Assembly: GCA_964487735.1 (NCBI GenBank)
Contig: CAZASJ010000002.1
Span: forward strand, 36,362 to 100,361
Reading direction: 5' to 3'
Origin: an uncultured Bacteroidales bacterium
GTDB lineage: Bacteria > Bacteroidota > Bacteroidia > Bacteroidales > B18-G4
DNA: 64,000 nt
Shown here one piece after another: positions 20,107 through 28,992 of the stretch (within the stretch, counting starts at the first letter, position 1; every line of letters begins with the position of its first letter). The notes beneath the pieces are model-generated. The model was not told where the DNA came from, made no database searches, and worked only from the letters and a program-made list of their open reading frames with translations. A program made the translations under genes and the position numbers.

Positions 20107-20985
20107 TTATCTTTTAATTAGCTTTTTATAAATGATTTCTTCTTCATTGGTGAGTTTCAAAATGTAAGTTCCTTTATCAAGTCCGGAGATATCAATACAG
20201 GATGAACTTATAAGCTTATTTGTTTTTTTCATTAATTGCCCCTGAATATTCAGGATTTGAATTTCATAAATGCTTTCATTGTTGTTTTTTATTGTGATTT
20301 TGTCATATGCCGGGTTTGGATAGATTATAATATCTTCCTTAAGGCTAAATTCATCAATATCAACATGTGTGATGAGGCAATTGCTGTATCCTTCTTTCAT
20401 GAAGAGCAAAGTATCATTATGATGATAACAGAGCAGGTTCCAGGTCAAATATGGCGGCATGAAATGTTGAACCATAGTATGGATAGGTCCACGGCTACTG
20501 CCAATTCCCTCGATCCAAAAGTCCTCATTTCCAAAAGCATCTTCCAAAAACCATCTTTTTCTTTCAATGCCGTAATATTCGGCTGTATCTATGTTTGTGA
20601 CAAATATTTTAAAAGCATCATCATATTTGAACATGCAAATGATCATGGCGGAATCTCCAATTTCTAAATTGAAGTCATACAGAAGCCCTTCATCTTCACC
20701 AGGATATATATAATAAATTCTGTTGGATTCTTCCCTGAGCAGGCCCGCTGAAAAACTATTTCCATTTCCGTAATAATTTGCCTGCATGATCTTGTAATTA
20801 TATCCTCCCAATGCACTATCACCATCAAAATGCAGGATCTCTGTGTCTATATCATTTGAGATCAATTCCTCCACGAGTACATTCCATGTATTGTGATCGT
20901 TCAGGAGCCCCTGAGCTGAACTTGTATGAATAAAAAGGAATCCCAAGACAAAAAAAGTTAGGATAAGCAGGGCTTTAGTTTTCAT
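20107..20985 (-). CDS. T9SS-sorted secreted protein of unknown function (paralog pair)
   Basis: 292 aa with a signal peptide. Shares HNTWNV, GYNYKI, DFWIEGIG, GPIH and NLLCYHHNDTLLFM motifs with the 19006 gene. C-terminal IYPNPAYDKITI...GTYILKL. Confidence 0.75.
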   Translation of the reverse strand: MKTKALLILTFFVLGFLFIHTSSAQGLLNDHNTWNVLVEELISNDIDTEILHFDGDSALGGYNYKIMQANYYGNGNSFSAGLLREESNRIYYIYPGEDEGLLYDFNLEIGDSAMIICMFKYDDAFKIFVTNIDTAEYYGIERKRWFLEDAFGNEDFWIEGIGSSRGPIHTMVQHFMPPYLTWNLLCYHHNDTLLFMKEGYSNCLITHVDIDEFSLKEDIIIYPNPAYDKITIKNNNESIYEIQILNIQGQLMKKTNKLISSSCIDISGLDKGTYILKLTNEEEIIYKKLIKR

Positions 20986-21009
20986 TTTGAAGCAGTTTAA
21001 TCAAATAAT

Positions 21010-21031
21010 TCCTCGTGGCTTGCCACGAGGA
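21010..21031 (-). terminator. Candidate hairpin terminator after the 21104-21547 gene
   Basis: TCCTCGTGG-CTTG-CCACGAGGA, a perfect 9-bp stem. The downstream minus-strand tail AATTATTTGATT is only moderately T-rich. Confidence 0.4.
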
Positions 21032-21103
21032 TATTTAAATTAAAAATTTCCTTTATTTATTTGTTATTAGGACTTAAAATCTTAATCAACAGCCAAAGAG
21101 CTC

Positions 21104-21547
21104 CTAGTAAGCTGACAATAAAATCGAAATTGCATCCACTGCAATGATCACCAGGAAGCCAAGCTCTGGCTTCACTTTAGCACGTGTGGCCAATCCTGCG
21201 ATTCCTACCAGTAGGACAAAAATGGCTGCCAGGATGACATTTCCATGCCAATGCATCAATGTCCAGAGCCAGAATAAAAAGATGCCTGCCGTCATAAGGC
21301 AGATGACAAGACGGCTCAGGAGTTCCCGGTTTTTATCGGCAAGTCCGTAGAAAAATCCCAGGCCAACAAATCCCAGATACATATACAATCCTTCATTGAA
21401 TAACTTGAGGTCAGGGATCAAAATAATGCTTATTGCAATAACCATCCCTATCGTAATGACCATGGGAATCACCTTTTTGATCTTGAAAGTCCAGTAGATC
21501 CCAAAAATACCGGCAAGCATGATAAGAATGACAGACAGGGTTTCCAT
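21104..21547 (-). CDS. Small polytopic membrane protein, unknown function
   Basis: 147 aa with about 5 hydrophobic helices. Starts 5 nt after the upstream stop. Confidence 0.6.
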   Translation of the reverse strand: METLSVILIMLAGIFGIYWTFKIKKVIPMVITIGMVIAISIILIPDLKLFNEGLYMYLGFVGLGFFYGLADKNRELLSRLVICLMTAGIFLFWLWTLMHWHGNVILAAIFVLLVGIAGLATRAKVKPELGFLVIIAVDAISILLSAY

Positions 21548-21552
21548 AATAT

Positions 21553-22335
21553 CTAGTATTTAATGAATTTTTCGCTTGAATAAATATCTTCTCCCTGGAT
21601 ATTGATATAGTAAATGCCTGCCGGAAGCTCAGATATATTGATGGTTGCAGCATTTTCGGTCAAAAGCATTGATCTGTATAGCTTTCCATTTTGATCAACA
21701 ATGGTCAGGTTGGGGGAGAAGTCACTGTTTGAAATTAAATTCACATTGATAAAATCTTGTGCAGGGTTTGGAAATATCCTCATTTTCGAAGCCATGTCAA
21801 AGTTTTGGTCATTCACTGATGTAGTGTATCCTTCAGGGCACATTTCCATTAATTCAAATATAAGTTTACCATCATTATCCAGGGTTCCTCTCCAACAATT
21901 GCCATCTGGCGATTTCATGATGATGCCCTTATTGATATCCCTGATGTAAATATCACCATTGCTTACCTGGAGTTTTGCGTAGGGTGTATGGCTTCCCACA
22001 CTGAAATAACCATTCATGACACATACATTTCCCATACCGTCAAAACTTAATTCTGCCCTTTCATCGGTTTTGTTGTAAATGGCAAAATTCAGTACATCGT
22101 TTCCCTTCGTATTATTTATTATTGCATATACATCTCCTGCCAGTTCATCCGTATCCTCAAACCTTACTGAAGGATTTAGCGTTCTGATGTAAATTCCCCT
22201 TATTCCGTTGGGCACAATTCCTACTCCGAGGTTGCCGCCCTGTTGATAGATGTTGTAGCTAATGGTGTCGGTCTGGGAAAATAGGGTCATGCTTATGCAT
22301 AAAATGACCATAGAAAAAAGACTGAATTTTTTCAT
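21553..22335 (-). CDS. T9SS-sorted secreted protein, unknown function
   Basis: 260 aa. Signal peptide MKKFSLFSMVILCISMTLFSQ. C-terminal IFPNPAQDFINV...GIYYINI. Confidence 0.7.
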   Translation of the reverse strand: MKKFSLFSMVILCISMTLFSQTDTISYNIYQQGGNLGVGIVPNGIRGIYIRTLNPSVRFEDTDELAGDVYAIINNTKGNDVLNFAIYNKTDERAELSFDGMGNVCVMNGYFSVGSHTPYAKLQVSNGDIYIRDINKGIIMKSPDGNCWRGTLDNDGKLIFELMEMCPEGYTTSVNDQNFDMASKMRIFPNPAQDFINVNLISNSDFSPNLTIVDQNGKLYRSMLLTENAATINISELPAGIYYINIQGEDIYSSEKFIKY

Positions 22336-22550
22336 GCTTTTGGTTTTTGATTCCTAATCGTAAATATACGCAATTTATAAATATGAATCAAGCCCAAAGG
22401 GTAAAAGAATTGTAAGTTGTATTAAATCAATGGAATAGCCATACTATATTGGGGTATTTCCCTTTCACATTAAAACTGAAAAATGATAATTTGAACATGC
22501 TAAAGATTAATTTCCCTGGTATCCGGTGCACGGTATCTTGCATTCTTAAT

Positions 22551-23228
22551 TTAGTCTGCCAGTAAATCAGGCCTGCGCTTTTTCGTTCTCTCAATGGCCT
22601 GTTCCAGCTTCCATTTATCAATGTTTTCCTGGTGGCCGGAAAGGAGGATTTCAGGGACATGAAGGCCACGGAATTCACGTGGACGCGTATAGACAGGAGG
22701 GGAGAGGAGATCGTTTTGAAATGAATCAGAGAGGGCAGAAGTTTCATCACCCAAGACCCCGGGAATAAGCCGTACAATGCTGTCGACAAGAACAGCAGCA
22801 CCGAGCTCACCACCGCTAAGTACATAGTCACCGATTGATATTTCTCTCGTAATAAACATCTCTCTGATCCTTTCATCTACACCTTTGTAATGGCCACAAA
22901 GCATGATGATATTTTCTTTCAACGACAGCTCATTTGAAATACCTTGATTGAGTAATTCTCCGTCAGGAGTGAGGAATATGACTTCATCGTATTCTCTTTC
23001 GGCTTTCAGTTTATCAAAGCATTTTGCGATGGGTTCTGCACTCATCACCATGCCGGCACCGCCCCCAAAGGCATAATCATCCACACTACGGTGTTTATCT
23101 GCGGTGAAATCACGAAGATCATGCAAATGTATCTCTACCAGCTTTTTATCCATGGATCGCTTGATAATGGAATGACCGAAAGGGCCGCTGAACATGTCGG
23201 GGAAAATGGTGATGATGTCGATTCTCAT
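22551..23228 (-). CDS. trmD: tRNA (guanine37-N1)-methyltransferase
   Basis: 225 aa. Begins [13 protein letters not shown] and contains [13 protein letters not shown] and [11 protein letters not shown]. Confidence 0.95.
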   Translation of the reverse strand: MRIDIITIFPDMFSGPFGHSIIKRSMDKKLVEIHLHDLRDFTADKHRSVDDYAFGGGAGMVMSAEPIAKCFDKLKAEREYDEVIFLTPDGELLNQGISNELSLKENIIMLCGHYKGVDERIREMFITREISIGDYVLSGGELGAAVLVDSIVRLIPGVLGDETSALSDSFQNDLLSPPVYTRPREFRGLHVPEILLSGHQENIDKWKLEQAIERTKKRRPDLLAD

Positions 23229-23236
23229 GCTTTAAG

Positions 23237-23250
23237 TGTTGAGTGTTGAG
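23237..23250. repeat. Heptamer array TGTTGAG x2; a third unit follows the inserted element at 23337-23343
   Basis: Read directly: aag TGTTGAG TGTTGAG [element] TGTTGAG tgg. Confidence 0.8.
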
Positions 23251-23336
23251 TCCCGACAAAACCCAAATGGTTGACTTGGTATTTTGTCGAGGATCCACGA
23301 AAAACAATGAATTCAAAGAATTCTGGTTTTTCGGGA
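23251..23336. mobile_element. MITE-like non-coding hairpin element, copy 1 (86 bp)
   Basis: Termini TCCCGAcAAAACC ... GGTTTTTCGGGA are inverted repeats (6 bp perfect, 12 of 13 extended). A perfect 7-bp direct repeat TGTTGAG abuts both ends. Two internal hairpins: CGACAAAA...TTTTGTCG and CGAAAAAC...GTTTTTCG. The right-hand ~55 nt closely match 51412-51462. Confidence 0.45.
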
Positions 23337-23457
23337 TGTTGAGTGGATTTCTGTATGATCAAATGCTCAATAACGAATACATTGTACCACATTCACTGCT
23401 ATGAACAATATTACTGAAAAACTTTGTAGGGGGAGAAAAAAAAAGGAAATAAAAAAA

Positions 23458-23493
23458 GGACTGTGCAAAAAGCAGACGGGAAAAGCACAGTCC
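23458..23493 (-). terminator. Rho-independent terminator oriented for the minus strand
   Basis: Stem AGGACTGTGC / GCACAGTCCT (10 bp) with a 16-nt loop. On the minus strand it is followed by TTTTTTTATTTCCTTTTTTTTT. Confidence 0.65.
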
Positions 23494-23682
23494 TTAACCA
23501 AATCTTATAACTTAATCAAAAAGCTGATGTAAAAATACAATCATTGAATCACATAAATCAAATATTCAACCTCACAAATACTCTACATACATTTCTGAAC
23601 AAAATTGAATTCTAAAATGTTACTTATATATATTTAATAATGAGCTGTTTATAAAACAGTAAGTAGTAACACGTAATTTATG

Positions 23683-23690
23683 TATTTTTG
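23683..23690 (+). promoter_or_regulatory. Candidate -7 box TATTTTTG for the S8 peptidase gene
   Basis: Matches TAnnTTTG, 57 nt upstream of the ATG at 23747. The same GTATTTTTGCA context precedes rpmG. Confidence 0.45.
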
Positions 23691-23746
23691 CATTTCCGGG
23701 AAATGAAATCCGGATTATCTTTATCACAATACTCAAATATAACTAA

Positions 23747-25420
23747 ATGAAACGAATTAGCCTGCTTTTTTTGATCCTCTTTGCCAGCACTATGATCAGT
23801 AGTGCGCAGATCGCCATCGATAAGTATTATGTTCAGTTTACCGACAAGAACAACTCGCCCTATTCAATCAGCAATCCTGAAGCATACCTTTCGCAAAGGT
23901 CTATTGCCAGGAGGGTGGCCCACAATATTGCAATTGATATGAAAGACATTCCTGTGAATCCTCAATACCTGCAAGGTGTTCGTGATGCAGGAGCCACTAT
24001 ACTCAACCCTACAAAGTGGTTGAACGGGGTTAGCATCAAAACAACGGATCCTTCTGTTGTAGCAGCGATTGAGGCATTGCCCTATGTGCAAAATGTGGTA
24101 AAATCTCCGGTCAGTCCGGCAAATACTAAAGTTGAGAAGGTATTCTTTATGAATGAATCATACGGAGTTTCACCTTCTGCAAATGCACATCTGAAAGAAA
24201 CATCATTTTATGACTATGGTCCTTCCTTTAGCCAGATCAGTATGCTGAAAGGCGACCAGATGCATGAAATGGGATATCGCGGTCAAGGAGTTTTAATTGG
24301 TGTCCTGGATGCAGGTTATGACAATGCAGATGAACTTCCTGTATTTGATTCTCTCTGGAATAATGGCCAGATACTGACCACCCGGGATTTTGTAGATGGG
24401 GGAGAAGTAACATTTAATAAACATTATCATGGCACCATGGTATTATCTACCATGGGAGGAAATTATCCGGGAGAGGTCGTTGGAACAGCTCCCGAAGCGG
24501 ATTATATATTGATACGTACTGAAGACGGTGGATCAGAATACCTCATTGAAGAATACAACTGGGTATCAGGGGCTGAATTTGCAGATAGCATTGGTGCTGA
24601 GGTTTTGAATACTTCACTGGGATACAGCGATTTTGATGATCCATCACAAAACCATACCTATGAACAAATGGACGGTAATATCACTGCCATCACCCGCGGA
24701 GCTGATATTGCTGCCAGCAGGGGAATGATTGTCGTAAACTCAGCCGGTAATTCAGGTACTTCTGCATGGTATTACATTACGGCGCCTGCCGATGGCGACA
24801 GTGTATTTACCATTGGAGCTGTTAACTCACAGGGAGTTCCTGCCGGTTTTAGTGGAAACGGACCTACATACGACGGCCGTACAAAACCAAATGTATCTGC
24901 TCAGGGCGAAGGCGCTTATTTTGCAAATACCGACGGAAGTTTTATTTATGGAAATGGAACCTCCTTTTCATCTCCGATTATGGCCGGTATGATGGCTTGC
25001 CTTTTACAGGCCAACCCATACATGAGCAATATGGAACTGCAGAATGCAGTGCAAGCCAGTGGTAGCATTGCCACCGCTCCTGATAATAAGATTGGCTGGG
25101 GTATTCCTGATTTCATGGCAGCTCATAATATCCTGACAATAATCGACGGAGATAATGAGGAGATCCTTTCCGAGGCTTATTTGTATCCGAATCCTTTCTC
25201 TTCATATTTTGAATTGAATTTTTATGCCGAAAAGAATACCAATGGACAAATGAGTGTTGTGGATATGACAGGCAGGACTGTTTACAGCAATATCTACCGC
25301 ATTGAGCAGGGTGTCAATAATATTCGTATTAGTGAATTGAGCAATGTACCTGCCGGCATCTATTTTCTCAGGCTGGAAAGCGGTTCATCAGTGATCACTA
25401 CCAAATTAATCAGGCAATAA
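23747..25420 (+). CDS. S8 (subtilisin-like) serine peptidase with T9SS C-terminal domain
   Basis: 557 aa with a signal peptide. Catalytic triad contexts GVLDAGY (Asp), HGTMVLS (His) and GTSFSSP (Ser). C-terminal LYPNPFSSYFEL...GIYFLRL. Confidence 0.9.
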   Translation: MKRISLLFLILFASTMISSAQIAIDKYYVQFTDKNNSPYSISNPEAYLSQRSIARRVAHNIAIDMKDIPVNPQYLQGVRDAGATILNPTKWLNGVSIKTTDPSVVAAIEALPYVQNVVKSPVSPANTKVEKVFFMNESYGVSPSANAHLKETSFYDYGPSFSQISMLKGDQMHEMGYRGQGVLIGVLDAGYDNADELPVFDSLWNNGQILTTRDFVDGGEVTFNKHYHGTMVLSTMGGNYPGEVVGTAPEADYILIRTEDGGSEYLIEEYNWVSGAEFADSIGAEVLNTSLGYSDFDDPSQNHTYEQMDGNITAITRGADIAASRGMIVVNSAGNSGTSAWYYITAPADGDSVFTIGAVNSQGVPAGFSGNGPTYDGRTKPNVSAQGEGAYFANTDGSFIYGNGTSFSSPIMAGMMACLLQANPYMSNMELQNAVQASGSIATAPDNKIGWGIPDFMAAHNILTIIDGDNEEILSEAYLYPNPFSSYFELNFYAEKNTNGQMSVVDMTGRTVYSNIYRIEQGVNNIRISELSNVPAGIYFLRLESGSSVITTKLIRQ

Positions 25421-25421
25421 G

Positions 25422-27158
25422 CTAAAGGTTCAGATCATCGGTGATCTTTTCCATTTTGTTTTCGAGTGCCTTACGGACTTTCTCATAATCTGAGATATCT
25501 TTCAATTGCTCTTTAACCCCAAAGTAAAATTTGATCTTTGGTTCTGTTCCGGAAGGACGCATACTGATCTTGCTGCCATCTTCCAGGAAGAACTGCAAAA
25601 CATTGGATTTAGGAAGGTTTATAGGCGCTTCAGTGCCATTTATCATATCCTTTGCAAGGGAGATGTCATAATCCTTGATCATTACAACCCTGCTGTTATT
25701 TATCACTGCTGGAGGATTGCTTCTGAAACGATCCATGATCGCGGCAATTTCTTCTGCTCCCGACATCCCTTTTTTAACGACTGCGATCAATCCTTCAAGA
25801 TAGAATCCGAACTCCATGTAGATATCAAGCAATATATCAAAGATGGTTTTGCCTTGCGATGCAGCCCAGGCAGCAGTTTCAGCAATTAAGGCGCATGAGC
25901 TCACAGCATCTTTGTCGCGTACGAAATCACCGATCATATACCCATAACTTTCTTCGCCTCCGGCAATAAAGGTTTTCTTTCCTTCATTTTTCCTGATGAT
26001 GTCAGCGATCCATTTAAATCCAGTGAGCACATCATAGGTTTCAATATCATATTTAACTGCAAGGTCGATCAGCAATTCTGAGGTGACAATTGTTTTCACC
26101 ATGAATTCATTTCCGGTGATCTTTCCGTTCTCTTTCCATTTGCGGAAAATATAATACAAGAGTACTGCTGCTGTCTGGTTCCCGTTTAGCAGGATGAATT
26201 TGCCGTGATTGTCTTTAACTGCAATGCCAACCCTGTCGGCATCGGGATCTGTTGCCATTACAAGCGAGGCTCCTTCGCTTTCAGCTTTTGCAATGGCCAT
26301 TTCCAGGGCAGAGGCTTCTTCCGGATTTGGGGATTTCACAGTAGGGAAATTCCCGTCAGCTGTGGCTTGCTCAGCAACCATACTGATATTCGTAAACCCA
26401 AAGTTCTTTAAACACCATGGTACCATTTTAGCTCCGGTGCCGTGCAAAGGTGTGTATACAATGGGAATGCCATGGTATTGCTGAATGATCTCAGGGCTGA
26501 GTGATAACTCTTTCAGCTTGTTGAGGTAGAGAATATCTGTTTCTTCACCTATCATCTGTATCAATTCATCTTTTCCATCGAACCTTACATCATCAAATGA
26601 TTTGATCTTCCTGACTTCATCTATTACATTCTTATCATGGGGAGCAATGAGTTGTGCGCCATCGTCCCAATAGGCTTTATAGCCGTTATATTCTTTAGGA
26701 TTGTGTGAGGCAGTAACCACAACACCACTCTGGCAACCATAATGCCTGATGGCAAAGGAGAGTTCCGGTGTAGGACGAAGTCCGTTAAAAAGGTATACGT
26801 AAATACCATTTGCAGAGAATACTTCCGCTGTGATCCTTGCAAATTCAGGGCTATTGTTCCTTGAATCGTGTGCAATCGCCACTTTAATCTGATTTTTATC
26901 CTTATAAACCTTTTTGAGGTAATTGGCCAGGCCCTGTGTAGCCATACCCAGGGTGTACTTGTTCATCCTGTTGGTGCCAACTCCCATGATGCCTCTTAAT
27001 CCACCTGTTCCGAATTCCAGGCCTTGATAGAAAGATTCAGTCAGTTCCTGTGGATCATTGTCCATCATATTCCTGATCGCTTCTTTGCTATCAGCATCAA
27101 TATTTCCATTAAGCCAGGCATTGGCATTGCTCATTACGGTTTCTTGTAAATCACTCAT
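25422..27158 (-). CDS. Phosphosugar mutase (phosphoglucomutase/phosphomannomutase family)
   Basis: 578 aa. Active-site loop TASHNPKEYNGYK and metal loop TDPDADR. Confidence 0.9.
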   Translation of the reverse strand: MSDLQETVMSNANAWLNGNIDADSKEAIRNMMDNDPQELTESFYQGLEFGTGGLRGIMGVGTNRMNKYTLGMATQGLANYLKKVYKDKNQIKVAIAHDSRNNSPEFARITAEVFSANGIYVYLFNGLRPTPELSFAIRHYGCQSGVVVTASHNPKEYNGYKAYWDDGAQLIAPHDKNVIDEVRKIKSFDDVRFDGKDELIQMIGEETDILYLNKLKELSLSPEIIQQYHGIPIVYTPLHGTGAKMVPWCLKNFGFTNISMVAEQATADGNFPTVKSPNPEEASALEMAIAKAESEGASLVMATDPDADRVGIAVKDNHGKFILLNGNQTAAVLLYYIFRKWKENGKITGNEFMVKTIVTSELLIDLAVKYDIETYDVLTGFKWIADIIRKNEGKKTFIAGGEESYGYMIGDFVRDKDAVSSCALIAETAAWAASQGKTIFDILLDIYMEFGFYLEGLIAVVKKGMSGAEEIAAIMDRFRSNPPAVINNSRVVMIKDYDISLAKDMINGTEAPINLPKSNVLQFFLEDGSKISMRPSGTEPKIKFYFGVKEQLKDISDYEKVRKALENKMEKITDDLNL

Positions 27159-27161
27159 TTC

Positions 27162-28028
27162 TTATTGTTTATCAAGTTTAACTATACATTTTCTTAAAGA
27201 GTCTTTCCAATCGGGAATCTCTAAGTTGAAATCCTTTTTGATCTTGCCTTTATCCAAAAGGCTGTAAGCCGGTCTTGCCGCTTTTGAAAATCCATATTCT
27301 TTTGTAGTTACAGGAACTACTTTGCAATGAAGACCTGAATATTCAATGATGGTTTGAGCAAATTCAGCCCAATTTGTAAGGCCTTCATTTGAATAGTTGT
27401 AAATCTGTACCCCTTTAAAGTCATTCAATTGTGGAAGCATGCTCAGGATTGCATTTGCAAGGTCCATTGCATATGTTGGAGTTCCCATCTGGTCTTTTAC
27501 TACCCTTAATTCATGATGCTCAGTTGCCAGCTTTCTGATGGTTTTAACAAAGTTATGTGCATATTCTGAGTAAAGCCATGATGTCCGGATGATGGCTGCA
27601 TTGGGTTTGGCAGTATGAACCGATTGTTCGCCAATAAACTTTGAATGAGCATATTTGGACTGAGGATGTGGCTCGTCCAATTCAGTATAGGCACTTCCTT
27701 TTTTCCCATCGAAGATATAATCCGTTGAAATATGGATCAAGGCAAAATCATTCTTTCTGGCTAAACCGGCAAGGATCTGAACAGCTTTCCCGTTAATATT
27801 AAGGGCCTGGATGGGATCCTCTTCCGCCTGATCAACGGCATTATACGAAGCACAGTTAATCATGACATCAGGCTGCCAGGATAATACTCTTTTCTCTACA
27901 GCATCATAATTTGTAATGTCAAGTTCATCAATATCCGTGAACATGAATTGAAACTGAGGCTTGTCTTTTGCTGCAACCTGCAATGATTGGCCAAGCTGGC
28001 CATTTGCTCCACTTACCAACACTTTCAT
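27162..28028 (-). CDS. rfbD: dTDP-4-dehydrorhamnose reductase-like (RmlD family)
   Basis: 288 aa. Begins MKVLVSGANGQLG and contains STDYIFDG and YAHSK (YxxxK). Length is typical of RmlD. Confidence 0.8.
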   Translation of the reverse strand: MKVLVSGANGQLGQSLQVAAKDKPQFQFMFTDIDELDITNYDAVEKRVLSWQPDVMINCASYNAVDQAEEDPIQALNINGKAVQILAGLARKNDFALIHISTDYIFDGKKGSAYTELDEPHPQSKYAHSKFIGEQSVHTAKPNAAIIRTSWLYSEYAHNFVKTIRKLATEHHELRVVKDQMGTPTYAMDLANAILSMLPQLNDFKGVQIYNYSNEGLTNWAEFAQTIIEYSGLHCKVVPVTTKEYGFSKAARPAYSLLDKGKIKKDFNLEIPDWKDSLRKCIVKLDKQ

Positions 28029-28030
28029 GT

Positions 28031-28981
28031 TTATTCTCCGTTTTTTTGAAGCGTTTTGAAATATGCGATCGTTTTTTGCAAACCGCTTTTAACGTCTGTT
28101 ATCGGTTCCCAGCCAAAGGTTTTCTTTGCGAGGCTGATATTGGGCTGTCGTTGCAATGGATCGTCTTCAGGGAGCTTTTTGAAAGCGATCTTTGAAGAGG
28201 AAGATGTTAGATCAAGTATCATTGCTGAAAGCTCAAGCATACTCATTTCTACCGGATTTCCCAGGTTTACAGGGCCATTGAAGCTGTCATCGGTATTCAT
28301 GAGCCTGATCAGGCCTTCCACCATGTCGTCGACAAAGCAGAAACTCCTGCTTTGTTTACCTGATCCGTATATGGTAATGTCGGTGCCATTGAGGGCCTGC
28401 ATAATGAAGTTACTCACCACGCGCCCATCCTGAGGATCCATACGTGGCCCGTAAGTGTTGAAGATCCTTGCGATCTTGATCTTTACATTATTTTGTTTTT
28501 TATAATTGACAAAAAGGGCTTCTGCGCATCTTTTCCCTTCATCGTAGCAAGCCCTGGAGCCAATGGGGTTAACATGCCCCCAATAATCTTCTGTTTGAGG
28601 GTGTACCTGCGGGTCACCATAAACCTCGCTTGTTGATGCCTGCAGAATTTTTGCATTTATCCTCTTAGCCAATCCAAGCATGTTAATGCTTCCCATAACA
28701 CTGGTTTTGATGGTCTTAATGGGATTGAGTTGGTAGTGGATGGGGGAGGCGGGACAGGCCAGGTTGTAAATTTCGTCCACTTCAATGAAGAAAGGCATGG
28801 TGATATCGTGTCTGATAACCTCAAAAAAGGGATTGTTCATCAGATGGACGATGTTTTTTTTGTTACCTGTAAAGAAATTGTCGAGACAGATCACCTCATG
28901 GCCATCAGTAAGCAATCTTTCGCACAAATGTGATCCCAGGAATCCGGCTCCGCCTGTAACAAGTATCTTTTTTTTCTTCAT
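28031..28981 (-). CDS. UDP-glucuronate decarboxylase (UDP-xylose synthase) family SDR
   Basis: 316 aa. Contains [35 protein letters not shown] and YDEGKR. Confidence 0.85.
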   Translation of the reverse strand: MKKKKILVTGGAGFLGSHLCERLLTDGHEVICLDNFFTGNKKNIVHLMNNPFFEVIRHDITMPFFIEVDEIYNLACPASPIHYQLNPIKTIKTSVMGSINMLGLAKRINAKILQASTSEVYGDPQVHPQTEDYWGHVNPIGSRACYDEGKRCAEALFVNYKKQNNVKIKIARIFNTYGPRMDPQDGRVVSNFIMQALNGTDITIYGSGKQSRSFCFVDDMVEGLIRLMNTDDSFNGPVNLGNPVEMSMLELSAMILDLTSSSSKIAFKKLPEDDPLQRQPNISLAKKTFGWEPITDVKSGLQKTIAYFKTLQKNGE

Positions 28982-28992
28982 GGTATTTTCAT

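Noticed and set aside
22427-22876. 149-aa minus-strand ORF overlapping the 3' half of trmD in another frame
   Set aside because: trmD is unambiguous. The overlapping ORF has no supporting motif and extends into the non-coding spacer.
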